Source: Mycobacterium sp. (lineage in GTDB: Bacteria > Actinomycetota > Actinomycetes > Mycobacteriales > Mycobacteriaceae). From it: a DNA stretch of 64,000 nt. How positions within the stretch are numbered: position 1 is the first letter of the stretch; each line of letters begins with the position of its first letter. The stretch is taken from NCBI GenBank assembly GCA_035552295.1, contig DASZLQ010000006.1, positions 3,735-67,734 of the forward strand, written 5' to 3'. The position numbers were made by a program, and so were the translations under genes. The notes under the pieces are model-generated. The model did no database searches, was not told where the DNA came from, and saw nothing but the letters and a program-made list of their open reading frames with translations. This document shows positions 46,838 to 56,558 of the stretch, piece by piece.

Positions 46838-49353
46838 CGCACCGGTACCTGCGGCAGCGGGATCAGCGGCAGCGATGACCGAAAGTTGGTCGATGCGGCG
46901 GGATTTCGGCTCTCATCCCACGGATCGCGATACGAGTCGACCGATTTCTGCATGCGCGCGTCGAGGCCGGCGCCGATGCCCTCGCCGTCCTCGACCACGA
47001 TCGCGCGGATCCGCTCGATGCCCACTCGGGGCACAAAATCGTAGGTGCGCTCCAGCCAATTCGCATTCTCCCGGTAGTACTGAAGGAACCGGCCCGTCAG
47101 CGTGATGACCTCGTCGGGGCTGTCCACGGTGGTCAGCAGATCGCCTTTGCGGACGTGCGAGCCGGCCGCGCCGCCGACGTAGATCTGCCATTGCTCACCT
47201 TCGACAGCGACGACGCCGACGTCCTTGCACAGCGCCTCAGCACAGTTGCGCGGACACCCGGTCACCGCCAACTTCATTTTGCCGGGACTGGGTATGCCCT
47301 GGAACCGATCCTCGATCGCGATACCCAGTGCCGTCGAGTCGCCCAGCCCGTAGCGGCAGAAGTCCGTTCCCACACAGGTTTTCACGGTTCGGAAGCTTTT
47401 GCCATATGCGTAGCCCGACGGCATACCGAGGTCGTCCCACACCGAAGGAAGGTCTTCCTTACGGACGCCGAGCAAATCGATGCGTTGTCCGCCGGTCAGT
47501 TTGATCATCGGAATTCGATATTTGTCAGCGACATCGGCGATCTTGCGTAGCTGGTCGGAACTCGTCACCCCGCCCTTGAGCTGCGGCACCACCGAGAAGG
47601 TGCCGTCGCGCTGAATGTTGGCGTGCACCCGGTCGTTGATGTACCGGCTGTCGCGCTCGTCGACGAACTCGTCGCCCCACATCATGTGCAAGAGTGAGGA
47701 CAGTGCCATTTTCGAGCGGGCATCTTCGCGGCCTTCCGGCGCCAGCGCAGCGAACAGCGACGAAACCGAGTGCAGCTGAAGCTCGCGGATCCGCCGCATC
47801 AAGTCCGGTTTCTCGTAAGGGATCCCGGGGACATACCAACTGGCTTCCGCGTCTTCAGAAACCTCAGCGCCGGCTTGTTCGGCCGCCCACTCGACGATCT
47901 GGGAAACCAGGCCCTTACAGGACCCGCAGCCCTTGCCCGCACGGGTCGCCGACATCACGCCGGCGAGCGACGTCTGGCCGTCCTTCACGCAGTTGACGAT
48001 GGTGGCTTTGTTGACCCCGTTGCAGTTGCACACCTGCGCGTCGTCCGACAACTCGGCTGCGCCGGTGGCCGCTTCGGGTGTGCCGATGTCGAACATCAGT
48101 GAGACTCGTTCCGGCGGTAACGGAAGCCCGCGGTCGAAGGCCTGCATCAAGAAGGCCACCTTGCCCACATCGCCGACCAGAGTGGCGCCAACCAGCTTGC
48201 CGTCACGCACCACCACGGTCTTGTACACGCCGTGCTTGGGCTCGGCGTACTGGACGAACTCGTCGTCGTCGCGTTCCGGACCCTTCAGGCCCATCGCCGC
48301 CACGTCAACACCGGCGACCTTGAGTTTGGTGGCGGTGCGTGAACCGTGGTACGCGGCATGAGGATTGACACCGGTCAGATGATCGGCGAGCACGCTGGCC
48401 TGCTCCCACAGCGGCGCGACGAGACCGTAAACCTGTCCACGGTGCTGCGCGCACTCGCCCACCACATAGATGTCGTCGTCGTCAACCGACCGCATCTGGT
48501 TGTCGACGACGATGGCACGTTCCACGGTCAGCCCGGCACGTCGCGCCAGCCCGACGTTGGGCCGGATGCCTGCCGCCATCACCACCATGTCGCAGGGCAA
48601 TGTGGAGCCGTCGGCGAATTCAATCGCCGAGGGCATATCGTCCTCGGTGAGCATCCTGGTGGTCCTTTTGCCGGTGTGCACCTCGATGCCCAAGGCCTCC
48701 ACCAATCGGCGCAGGATGCCGCTTCCGTGCTCATCGAGTTGGGCGTTCATCAACGTGGGCCCACCCTGGACGACGCCCACCTGCAGTCCCCGATTCTGCA
48801 GTCCCCGTGCGGCTTCCAGGCCCAGCAATCCGCCGCCGACAACGATGGCTTTCGAACGCCCCGTGGCGAATTCGATCATGTCCGCGCAATCGTCGAGACT
48901 GCGGAATCCGAAAACGCCTCGGGCCAAGGTCTTGTCGTCTTGCCAGATCCCCTCGATCGGCGGAAAGAACGACCTGCTGCCGGTGGCCAGAATCAGCTTG
49001 CCATAACGGACGGTGGTGCCGTCGTCGGCATGCACCAGGTGCGCGAAGGGGTCGATGCGCACCACTCGCACGCCGGCCCGCAACTCGATGTCGTTCTCGG
49101 CGTACCAGTCCAGCGGATTGAGATAGATCTCTGCGGCGTCGTCGGAACCGGCCAGCACGTTGGACAGCAAGATCCGGTTGTAATTCCCGTACGGTTCGTC
49201 ACCGAAGACGGTGATGTCAAACCTCTCGTTGCCGCCGCGGGCCAGGATCTCTTCCAACGCTCGGGCGCCCGCCATGCCGTTACCGACCACCACCAGCTTG
49301 GCCAGGCCGGCCTCTTTGTGGCCGTTCGTATCGGGTTGGGCCAATGTAGTCAT
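46834..49353 (-). CDS. nirB: NAD(P)H nitrite reductase large subunit (NirB/NasD type)
   Basis: GNGMAG, GGGLLGLE, BFD CNCN...CGSC, siroheme ligands CVGTDFC and CPRNC. Confidence 0.93.
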   Translation of the reverse strand: MTTLAQPDTNGHKEAGLAKLVVVGNGMAGARALEEILARGGNERFDITVFGDEPYGNYNRILLSNVLAGSDDAAEIYLNPLDWYAENDIELRAGVRVVRIDPFAHLVHADDGTTVRYGKLILATGSRSFFPPIEGIWQDDKTLARGVFGFRSLDDCADMIEFATGRSKAIVVGGGLLGLEAARGLQNRGLQVGVVQGGPTLMNAQLDEHGSGILRRLVEALGIEVHTGKRTTRMLTEDDMPSAIEFADGSTLPCDMVVMAAGIRPNVGLARRAGLTVERAIVVDNQMRSVDDDDIYVVGECAQHRGQVYGLVAPLWEQASVLADHLTGVNPHAAYHGSRTATKLKVAGVDVAAMGLKGPERDDDEFVQYAEPKHGVYKTVVVRDGKLVGATLVGDVGKVAFLMQAFDRGLPLPPERVSLMFDIGTPEAATGAAELSDDAQVCNCNGVNKATIVNCVKDGQTSLAGVMSATRAGKGCGSCKGLVSQIVEWAAEQAGAEVSEDAEASWYVPGIPYEKPDLMRRIRELQLHSVSSLFAALAPEGREDARSKMALSSLLHMMWGDEFVDERDSRYINDRVHANIQRDGTFSVVPQLKGGVTSSDQLRKIADVADKYRIPMIKLTGGQRIDLLGVRKEDLPSVWDDLGMPSGYAYGKSFRTVKTCVGTDFCRYGLGDSTALGIAIEDRFQGIPSPGKMKLAVTGCPRNCAEALCKDVGVVAVEGEQWQIYVGGAAGSHVRKGDLLTTVDSPDEVITLTGRFLQYYRENANWLERTYDFVPRVGIERIRAIVVEDGEGIGAGLDARMQKSVDSYRDPWDESRNPAASTNFRSSLPLIPLPQVPVR

Positions 49354-49382
49354 GGGATACCCTCAGCGCGGCTAGATTTCGA

Positions 49383-49736
49383 CTAGATTTCGACCAGGCC
49401 GAGATCGATGAAGACAGTGCCGCTCAGCCCGTCGGGTGCGGCGATGAACACCTCGATCACGGTGTCGGCGATAAGGTCTTCGACGACCCGAAGCGGCACG
49501 TGCACAGCTCCTTTGGCCCCGATGGGGAAGTACCGCATCGGGGCGCCGTCGCGCACCACGACGACGGTGACCAGCTCGGCCGTGCTGTTGCCGCCGCGAA
49601 AGTACACCGGCTGGGTGATCGATCCGGCCGGTACGACATAGCGCAGCGACGAGTCGAGCAGGGATGGCGAATCGTAGCCCTTACCGTCGAACGGGAATGC
49701 CCCCTGCAGGAATCGGGGCGTACTGCCATCACCCAT
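49383..49736 (-). CDS. Uncharacterised 117-aa protein inside the nitrate assimilation operon
   Basis: Overlaps the nitrate reductase stop by 8 nt; GGAG RBS; beta-rich pattern; no Cys. Confidence 0.8.
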   Translation of the reverse strand: MGDGSTPRFLQGAFPFDGKGYDSPSLLDSSLRYVVPAGSITQPVYFRGGNSTAELVTVVVVRDGAPMRYFPIGAKGAVHVPLRVVEDLIADTVIEVFIAAPDGLSGTVFIDLGLVEI

Positions 49737-51840
49737 GCGTTACATCTCCCTCCGGAACATCGGCGGCCGCAACGCGGGACACCGAGACCGCACAGACTTT
49801 GAACGACGGCATCCGCGAATGCGGGTCCAGGACCGGATTCGTCAGCCGATTGATGCTCGCGGTGCCGCCCCAGTGGAACGGCGCGAACACGGTGTCGGGG
49901 CGGATACCGCTGACCGTGCGCGCCGTCATCACGACCTCGCCCCGGCGCGTGCGCAGGCTAATCTTGTCCCCGCCGCGGAGACCAACCGCCTGGGCCAGCG
50001 TCGGGTGTATCTCTGCCACCGGTTCCGGGTCTGCGTCGGCAAGCTTGGCGACCCTGCGGGTTTGCGTCCCGGACTGATAGTGCCGCAATACGCGGCCGGT
50101 TGTGAGGTAATAAGGAAATTCGTCATCGGGGGGTTCAGTGGCACTCCGTTGCTCCACAGGATGAAAGTGAGCTCGCCGGTCAGGCGTCGGGAAGTCCTCA
50201 GCGAACAGTCGCGGTGTGTCGGGGTACATGGCGGACGGGCAGGGCCAGAAAACTCCCTTCTGAGCCGCGATCCGTTCGTAGGTGATTCCGCGGTAGTCGG
50301 CCTTTCCGCCTTCGCTCGCGCGGGTCAGCTCCTCGAATACCTCTTCGGAATCAGCCGAAAACCCTTGTACTCCTAGCCGCTTTGCCAAGTCGGCCAGTAC
50401 GTCGAGATCGCTGCGAACCTCCTCGGGCGGCGTTATCGCCGCTCGGCGCAAGATCACCCGGCCTTCCAGGTTGGTCATGGTTCCCGACTCTTCGGCCCAT
50501 TGGGTCGTGGGTAGCACCACATCGGCCAACGCCGCGGTCTCGGACAAGAAGATGTCGGACACCACGAGGAAGTCGAGGTTTCTGATCCTCTCGGCGACGT
50601 GTAGCGAGTTCGGCGCCGAAATCACGATGTTGGATGCCATCACCCACAGTGCACGGACACCTCCGGGAGTGCCGATACCGCTGAGCATCTCGTACGCCGA
50701 ATGCCCGGACGACGGCAAGTCAGCGGGGTCGATGCCCCATATCTTCGCGACGTGGTTGCGAGCGATCGGGTCTTCGAGTTTGCGGTAGCCCGGTAGCTGG
50801 TCGCACTTCTGCCCGTGTTCGCGGCCACCTTGGCCGTTGCCCTGACCCGTGATCGTGGCGAATCCGCTGTACGGGCGGCCCGGCAAGCCGAGTGCAAGAG
50901 CCAGGTTGATGAAAGCCTGCACGGTGTCAGTGCCCGAGCTGTGCTGCTCGGCGCCGCGGGCTGTCAGAATCATCGCCCGATCGGCGCTCGCGAGCATACG
51001 GGCCGCGGCGACGATGTCGTTCTCGGGCACGCCGGTGATGCGTTCCACCCGATCCGGCCAGTACAGCCGCACCGCGCGACGCACCGCCCCGAAACCCGTA
51101 GTTCGTTCGGCAATATATGCCTGATCGATAAGCCCCTCCCGGGCAAGGACATTGAGCATGCCGTTGGCCAGGGCGAGGTCGGTTCCGGGGACGGGCTGTA
51201 GATGAAGATCGGCGCGCTCGGCGCTCGCGGTGCGCCTCGGATCCACGACGATGTGCTTGGCACCGCGCGCCCGACCTTCGTCGAAAAACTGCATCGCCGG
51301 AGGCAAGGTCTCGGCGGGGTTACTGCCGACGAGGAGAATGGCATCTGCCTGTGCGATATCGGCTAGTGGAAAAGGCAGACCACGGTCGATACCGAACGAG
51401 CGGTTCGACGCCGCGGCCGCCGATGACATGCAAAACCGGCCGTTGTAGTCGATCGCCGCGGTGCGCAACGCCACGCGCGCGAATTTGCCTAACTGGTAGG
51501 CTTTTTCATTCGTTAGGCCGCCCCCGCCAAAGCATCCAACCGCGTCCCGGCCATCGTCGGCCTGCGCTTTCTGGAACGCCGCGACGACCCGTTCCAGCGC
51601 CTCATTCCAGGTTGCCGGACGCAGCGGGGAGTCGCGCTCGTCGCGGACCAGCGGCCTGGTCAGCCGTTCTGGATGCGCCAGCAGATCCGCCGCCGTCCAG
51701 CCTTTGGCGCACAGTGCACCGCGATTCGTAGGGAAATCGCTCTGTGGTCCAAGCTCTACGCCTGTCCCCGCCACGTCGAGGGTGATTCCGCATTGCAACG
51801 AACAGTACGGGCAGTGTGTTTTCGTCGGCGCCGACGCCAT
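49729..51840 (-). CDS. Assimilatory nitrate reductase catalytic subunit (Mo-bisPGD, NasA/NarB-like)
   Basis: HCPYCSLQCG...LCAKG [4Fe-4S]; NGRFCMSSA Mo-Cys; TGQGNGQGGRE; TTGR. Confidence 0.92.
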   Translation of the reverse strand: MASAPTKTHCPYCSLQCGITLDVAGTGVELGPQSDFPTNRGALCAKGWTAADLLAHPERLTRPLVRDERDSPLRPATWNEALERVVAAFQKAQADDGRDAVGCFGGGGLTNEKAYQLGKFARVALRTAAIDYNGRFCMSSAAAASNRSFGIDRGLPFPLADIAQADAILLVGSNPAETLPPAMQFFDEGRARGAKHIVVDPRRTASAERADLHLQPVPGTDLALANGMLNVLAREGLIDQAYIAERTTGFGAVRRAVRLYWPDRVERITGVPENDIVAAARMLASADRAMILTARGAEQHSSGTDTVQAFINLALALGLPGRPYSGFATITGQGNGQGGREHGQKCDQLPGYRKLEDPIARNHVAKIWGIDPADLPSSGHSAYEMLSGIGTPGGVRALWVMASNIVISAPNSLHVAERIRNLDFLVVSDIFLSETAALADVVLPTTQWAEESGTMTNLEGRVILRRAAITPPEEVRSDLDVLADLAKRLGVQGFSADSEEVFEELTRASEGGKADYRGITYERIAAQKGVFWPCPSAMYPDTPRLFAEDFPTPDRRAHFHPVEQRSATEPPDDEFPYYLTTGRVLRHYQSGTQTRRVAKLADADPEPVAEIHPTLAQAVGLRGGDKISLRTRRGEVVMTARTVSGIRPDTVFAPFHWGGTASINRLTNPVLDPHSRMPSFKVCAVSVSRVAAADVPEGDVTHG

Positions 51841-51953
51841 CGGCGATCACCGCTTAGCTGATAAGCCGGCACTCATTTCGCCGGCTCCGCTGGTCAGACC
51901 TCCCATGTCTCGCCTCCCGATCGGGGCTTACTGTCCGAAGCTACGGCGCGTAT

Positions 51954-51969
51954 GTTGCAGGGGCATTTC
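51954..51969 (-). promoter_or_regulatory. Candidate GlnR box GAAAT-N6-GCAAC upstream of -10 TAGCTT
   Basis: Fits the mycobacterial AC/T-n9-AC pattern; located upstream of a nitrate assimilation operon. Confidence 0.5.
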
Positions 51970-52047
51970 AGCGGATTGTCCGGACGACTACCGCGGGCTC
52001 ACGGTGCTACCAACGACGGTGCGGTGTGCGCCGGGCATACTGGATCG

Positions 52048-52953
52048 GTGCCGAACACCGACGTTCACCCCGAGTTGCGCCGCATCGCCCTGCTCACCCC
52101 CCGACACATCATCGGTCCGCGGACCTTGCCGATAATTCGCGCACTGGACGGGTTGCGGGTGCGCCGGCGTAAACCCGCTGCCACCGGCGACGTCGAGGTG
52201 GTCACCCTGGGTCCCGGCGCCGGTGTCCGGGTGTTCCGGCCGATGGGCGTCACGGAACCGGCACCCGCGCTGCTGTGGATCCACGGCGGCGGATATGTGA
52301 TCGGCACCGCGCAACAGGACGATCGGCTGTGCCACCAGTTCAGCAGAAGACTGGGCATCACGGTCGCCTCGGTGGATTACCGGCTGGCGCCCGAACATCC
52401 CTATCCAGCGCCGCTCGAGGACTGCTATACGGCGTTGACCTGGCTGGCCGGGCTGCCTGCGGTGGACCGGGAACGGATTGCGATCGGCGGTGCCAGTGCC
52501 GGCGGCGGGCTGGCTGCGGCGTTGGCCTTGCTGGCTCGCGACCGCGGCGAGGTCACCCCCATATTGCAGCTGCTGGCCTACCCCATGCTCGACGACCGCA
52601 GTTCCACGACCGCGGACAAGCCGAACTACCGGCTGTGGAATACGCGCAGTAATCACTTCGGCTGGACGGCCTACCTCGGCGATGCCGACCCCCAGATCGC
52701 CGTGCCGGCGCGGCGCGACGACCTGAGCGGGCTGGCGCCGGCATGGATCGGAGTAGGTACCAACAACCTGTTCCACGACGAGGATCTCGCCTACGCCGAA
52801 CGCCTGCGAACCGCCGGTGTTCCGTGCGAAGTCGAGGTAGTCCCGGGCGTCTTCCACGGATTCGACCTGTTCGTGCCGAAAGCTCAAGTATCACAACGGT
52901 TTTTCGATAGCCAATGCGACAGTTTGCGCGCTGCGCTCGCCCCGGCGGGTTGA
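52048..52953 (+). CDS. lipW: HSL-family esterase LipW
   Basis: HGGG, GASAG, FHGFD; CATACT -10 six nt before GTG; synteny with Rv0217c. Confidence 0.85.
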   Translation: MPNTDVHPELRRIALLTPRHIIGPRTLPIIRALDGLRVRRRKPAATGDVEVVTLGPGAGVRVFRPMGVTEPAPALLWIHGGGYVIGTAQQDDRLCHQFSRRLGITVASVDYRLAPEHPYPAPLEDCYTALTWLAGLPAVDRERIAIGGASAGGGLAAALALLARDRGEVTPILQLLAYPMLDDRSSTTADKPNYRLWNTRSNHFGWTAYLGDADPQIAVPARRDDLSGLAPAWIGVGTNNLFHDEDLAYAERLRTAGVPCEVEVVPGVFHGFDLFVPKAQVSQRFFDSQCDSLRAALAPAG

Positions 52954-52960
52954 CTGCCGG

Positions 52961-54274
52961 TCACATCGCGAAATACACGAGTTCACCGCCGATGATCGTG
53001 GCGGCCACCATGCCGGCGTCCAGCTCGGCCAGCGCCGTCGCCGGCGGCTCGGTCAACACGCAGAGATCACCCGGCTGTCCGACTTCGACGGTGCGGGCCC
53101 GGTCCGGCCGATCGGACCGGCCCAAAAACATCGTCAAAGCCTCTCGCGCCGAGACACATTCGCTGGCACCCAGCACGGCGCCACTGGGTGTGGTGCGGTA
53201 TACCGCGGCGCGCATCGCCGTCCATGGGTCGCCGTGGCCGAACGGCATGTCGGTTGACAGCGCCACGCGCACATTCGCTTTCAACAACGACGCGACCCGC
53301 CAGAGTTGGCTGTGCTCGGCGGGTGGCACGTCGGCGAGGTACTGATCGCCGCGCTCGGCGACGAAGTTGGGTTGTGTCACCACAGTCAGTCCCAGGTCGG
53401 ATAGGCCGGCCAGGTCGGCCAGATTGTCGTCGGGCACCACTGCGGCATGCTCGATGCGGTCGAGCGGATGGCTACCGGCCGCGCGCAGGGCGGCGATGGT
53501 CACCACGAGTTGGGCCGCGGTCACGCAGTGTAGGGCGATCGGCCGGTCGGCCCGATGGTGCTCGGCGATCCAATCGGTCAGGGAGTCCAGATCGAGATGG
53601 TCATCCTGCAGGATTTTCTTACCGGGCGACAGGAAACGCAGCCGGGGCCGAAATTCGCCGCGACGGTGCGCCACGATCAGCGAGACCATGTCTTCGGCGC
53701 CGAGGTCCGGGGTGGCGTCGGTGACACCGGTGACGCCGGTGGCGGTGATTCGACGGCTGAGTTCCGCTAGGTCGGTTTCTCGGCGCTGCAGCGCTTCCGA
53801 CCAGCCACGGTCGGCGCTGCGAAGCCGCCCGTCGGGATGTTCGGCCAGGCCGACCCGGCCCAGTGCGGCGGAATTGAGGATCCACAGCGCGCCGCTGCGG
53901 TGCTGGACGCGCACTGGAATGCGCGGCACCACAGCGTCAAGGGCGGCCCGGTCCAGATCGCCGGCGACCGACTCGTGATAGCCGACGGCGCGGATCCACC
54001 CATCGGGACCTGGCGTGGCATTCGCCAGCAGTTGTGCCAGTTGAGCTTTGGTGCTGACACCGGGCGGTCCGACGAAAAACGAATCCAACGCGGAAGCCGC
54101 CGAGCGCACGTGCACATGGTGGTCGTGCAGCCCGGGCAGCACCGTTCCGCCGCCGGCGTCGAGCACACCCTCCCCGGGCCTGGCGGTCAGCCCGTCGCCG
54201 ACCTCCTCGATCCGCTCCCCGACCCGGATTTTGGTGGTCGCCCCGTCCAGCAAAGTCGCTCGCTGAATCAGCAT
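52961..54274 (-). CDS. Amidohydrolase-3 family metal-dependent hydrolase
   Basis: PGLHDHHVH, ALHCV, RIEHA, LSTDMP. Confidence 0.88.
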   Translation of the reverse strand: MLIQRATLLDGATTKIRVGERIEEVGDGLTARPGEGVLDAGGGTVLPGLHDHHVHVRSAASALDSFFVGPPGVSTKAQLAQLLANATPGPDGWIRAVGYHESVAGDLDRAALDAVVPRIPVRVQHRSGALWILNSAALGRVGLAEHPDGRLRSADRGWSEALQRRETDLAELSRRITATGVTGVTDATPDLGAEDMVSLIVAHRRGEFRPRLRFLSPGKKILQDDHLDLDSLTDWIAEHHRADRPIALHCVTAAQLVVTIAALRAAGSHPLDRIEHAAVVPDDNLADLAGLSDLGLTVVTQPNFVAERGDQYLADVPPAEHSQLWRVASLLKANVRVALSTDMPFGHGDPWTAMRAAVYRTTPSGAVLGASECVSAREALTMFLGRSDRPDRARTVEVGQPGDLCVLTEPPATALAELDAGMVAATIIGGELVYFAM

Positions 54275-55455
54275 GAGAGGAAACGTCTTTCGGATACCAG
54301 GTGTCGTACCGCTTCGTTATGGGCGCCGAGCCCGGCCGCCGGGGCGGCCGCCGGCGGGACGGACGGCGGTGGGGCCGGGTGCTCCGAGACCGACGCCTCG
54401 GTCGGCAGCGCAGCGTAGGTCGCCGCGACCGCGGCCATGGACACGTGGATCGATTCACCGCCGCCGCGGGCCAGCGACTCGGTCACCGCCCAGGCCGCCT
54501 CCAGCCCCGTCAGGGGATCGGCGACGGCGTCTGCACAGAACACCGGCCCGCCGAGGCTGGTACCGGCCAGCCCGCCGGCTATCGCGGCGTCATCGCCGAA
54601 TGCCGGCCGTCCGGAATGCTCGTCATACCCGGTGATCTGCAACCAGATTCGACCCGCTCGTGGCGCAACGTCATCCGGCCCGAGCCGGCGCCTGGCCAGC
54701 GCCGCGGGACGGGAGCCCTCGATCACGATGTCAGCGACCGCGAGCAGCTCGCGCAGTTCTTCGGCCTGACTGTCGAAATCGAGGCAATACGACAGCTTTT
54801 CAGTGTTCATCCGGTCGAAGAAGGCGTGTTTGCCGCTCCTGGTGCCGTCGGGCCGGCGCGGGCTCTCGACTTTGACGACGGTCGCTCCCGCGCGGGCCAG
54901 CAGCTGCCCACACAACGGGCCCGCCCACAGCGACGACAGGTCGGCGACCAGCAGGCCGGCCATCCCGTGCACCGGCGCCCGGGGTCCCATTCGTCGGATC
55001 CGCGGTGACGCGGCCGCGACCTCACCCAGGGCGGCCGCGGGAATGTCGAGCAGACCCGCCCGCTCGATGACCGCCGACACCGAACACGTTGTCGCCCACC
55101 GCTGCAGCGTGGGCCATGGGTCCGCGGGCACGTCATCGGCGTGTAGTAGCGCGGGTACCGCGGCGACATCGTCGGGGCGAGACAGCGTGATCGCGCACCA
55201 GCCATCTCGCGCTGCCAGCAATCGGGTGGCGCCGCCGCACGACACTGATCCGCCGCGGGTCAGTCCGAGCAGTGCGGCCCGCCCGGTCAGCCACGTGGCC
55301 GCATCCACCGTGATATCCGCGTGGTGACCGACCACCGAAGCGACCTGCTCGGCACGAGCCAGCACGCGGGCACGGGAGAAGTCCGGCGGCCCGTCGGCCA
55401 GGCCGGTCAGGGAGGCCAGCCCGCTGCTGCCCCACTGGGACGACTCGCTGCTCAC
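54268..55455 (-). CDS. Class III (CaiB/BaiF) CoA-transferase-like protein
   Basis: DLSSLWAGP...GATVVKVES, ADIVIEGSRP. Confidence 0.85.
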   Translation of the reverse strand: MSSESSQWGSSGLASLTGLADGPPDFSRARVLARAEQVASVVGHHADITVDAATWLTGRAALLGLTRGGSVSCGGATRLLAARDGWCAITLSRPDDVAAVPALLHADDVPADPWPTLQRWATTCSVSAVIERAGLLDIPAAALGEVAAASPRIRRMGPRAPVHGMAGLLVADLSSLWAGPLCGQLLARAGATVVKVESPRRPDGTRSGKHAFFDRMNTEKLSYCLDFDSQAEELRELLAVADIVIEGSRPAALARRRLGPDDVAPRAGRIWLQITGYDEHSGRPAFGDDAAIAGGLAGTSLGGPVFCADAVADPLTGLEAAWAVTESLARGGGESIHVSMAAVAATYAALPTEASVSEHPAPPPSVPPAAAPAAGLGAHNEAVRHLVSERRFLSC

Positions 55456-55490
55456 GACACCATTGTGCGCGTGGCTGGAAGCGGCGTGGG

Positions 55491-56507
55491 TCAGAACTGC
55501 AGGGCGCTGAAGCGCCAGTCCAGCACCGGCCGGTCGGGCTCACCCGCCGAGTCGCTGACCGCGTAGACCAGCGACCGGAGCCTCAGCACGCCGCCGCTCT
55601 CGGTCGACTGGGCGGACTCGACGTGCAGATCGCTGTAGAGGGTGTCGCCCTCGTGCACCGGACCGGTGTGGTCGCAGGAGTCCCAGCCCAGGACCGTCAC
55701 CAGATTGGGCAGCAGCCGGCTGGCCTGCGCGAGTGCCAGCCCGATGGTATGTCCGCCGTAGACCAGCCGACGTCCACCGACTCGCGAATCATGGTGTGTG
55801 GCCGCGATATTCAACGTGAGCCGAGCCAGTTCCGGTGCGCTGCTGACGACATCACCGGTGCTGTGCAACACCGCGCCCGCCATTCCGGGGTCAAAATGCG
55901 GGCCCGGCACCTTGTTCCGGAAAACCGCGCCGTCCCATTGAGCGGTCGGATCGGAGGCGGGCGGGGCCGCGTCAGCGCCGATGGCTGACAAATCGTCGCC
56001 GGGTTGGTCGTCGGGTTGCCAGTCGGGGCTCGCGGGCAGCATGGCGCACCGGTAGAAGTCGAGGACCAACTGATCGGCCTGGTCGATCGTGATCATCCGC
56101 AGCGCCGCCAACCCCGTTGGCGCCCGGCCCGGCTTGAGTGAATTCGGCCGCAGCCCAACCACTTCGGTGCGGGTGTACACCGAGTCACCGAGGGCGGGGA
56201 AATGGTGAAACGTGAGGCCCCGATAGAACAGGTTGGCTTTGACTCGCTGGGTCACCAGCGTCGACTGTCCGATCGCCACGTCACAGACCAGCGCCGGATG
56301 CGCTAGCGCGGCGGGCAGGCCCGTCACCGCCGCACACAGATCGGCATCCAGCGCCAGGCGCAGCCGGTCTCCGACGATCGCCTGATGCGCTGCGGCCAGA
56401 CCGGGTGAAAGTGTGGTCGACGGCGCCCAGTCGAACACCTGGCCTACCGATAGGTCGTCGAAGTAGGGTCCGCCCTCGCGCTGACCCGCATACCCCTTAG
56501 TAGTCAC
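55491..56507 (-). CDS. Double hot-dog hydratase (Rv0216-like)
   Basis: GGPYFDDL, ANLFY, LVYGGH, HTGPVHEGDT; synteny. Confidence 0.88.
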   Translation of the reverse strand: MTTKGYAGQREGGPYFDDLSVGQVFDWAPSTTLSPGLAAAHQAIVGDRLRLALDADLCAAVTGLPAALAHPALVCDVAIGQSTLVTQRVKANLFYRGLTFHHFPALGDSVYTRTEVVGLRPNSLKPGRAPTGLAALRMITIDQADQLVLDFYRCAMLPASPDWQPDDQPGDDLSAIGADAAPPASDPTAQWDGAVFRNKVPGPHFDPGMAGAVLHSTGDVVSSAPELARLTLNIAATHHDSRVGGRRLVYGGHTIGLALAQASRLLPNLVTVLGWDSCDHTGPVHEGDTLYSDLHVESAQSTESGGVLRLRSLVYAVSDSAGEPDRPVLDWRFSALQF

Positions 56508-56558
56508 AACGCCACATGCTGGCAGGGTGTCGAATCGGGGGTCAACGCAGGAGGGCGG

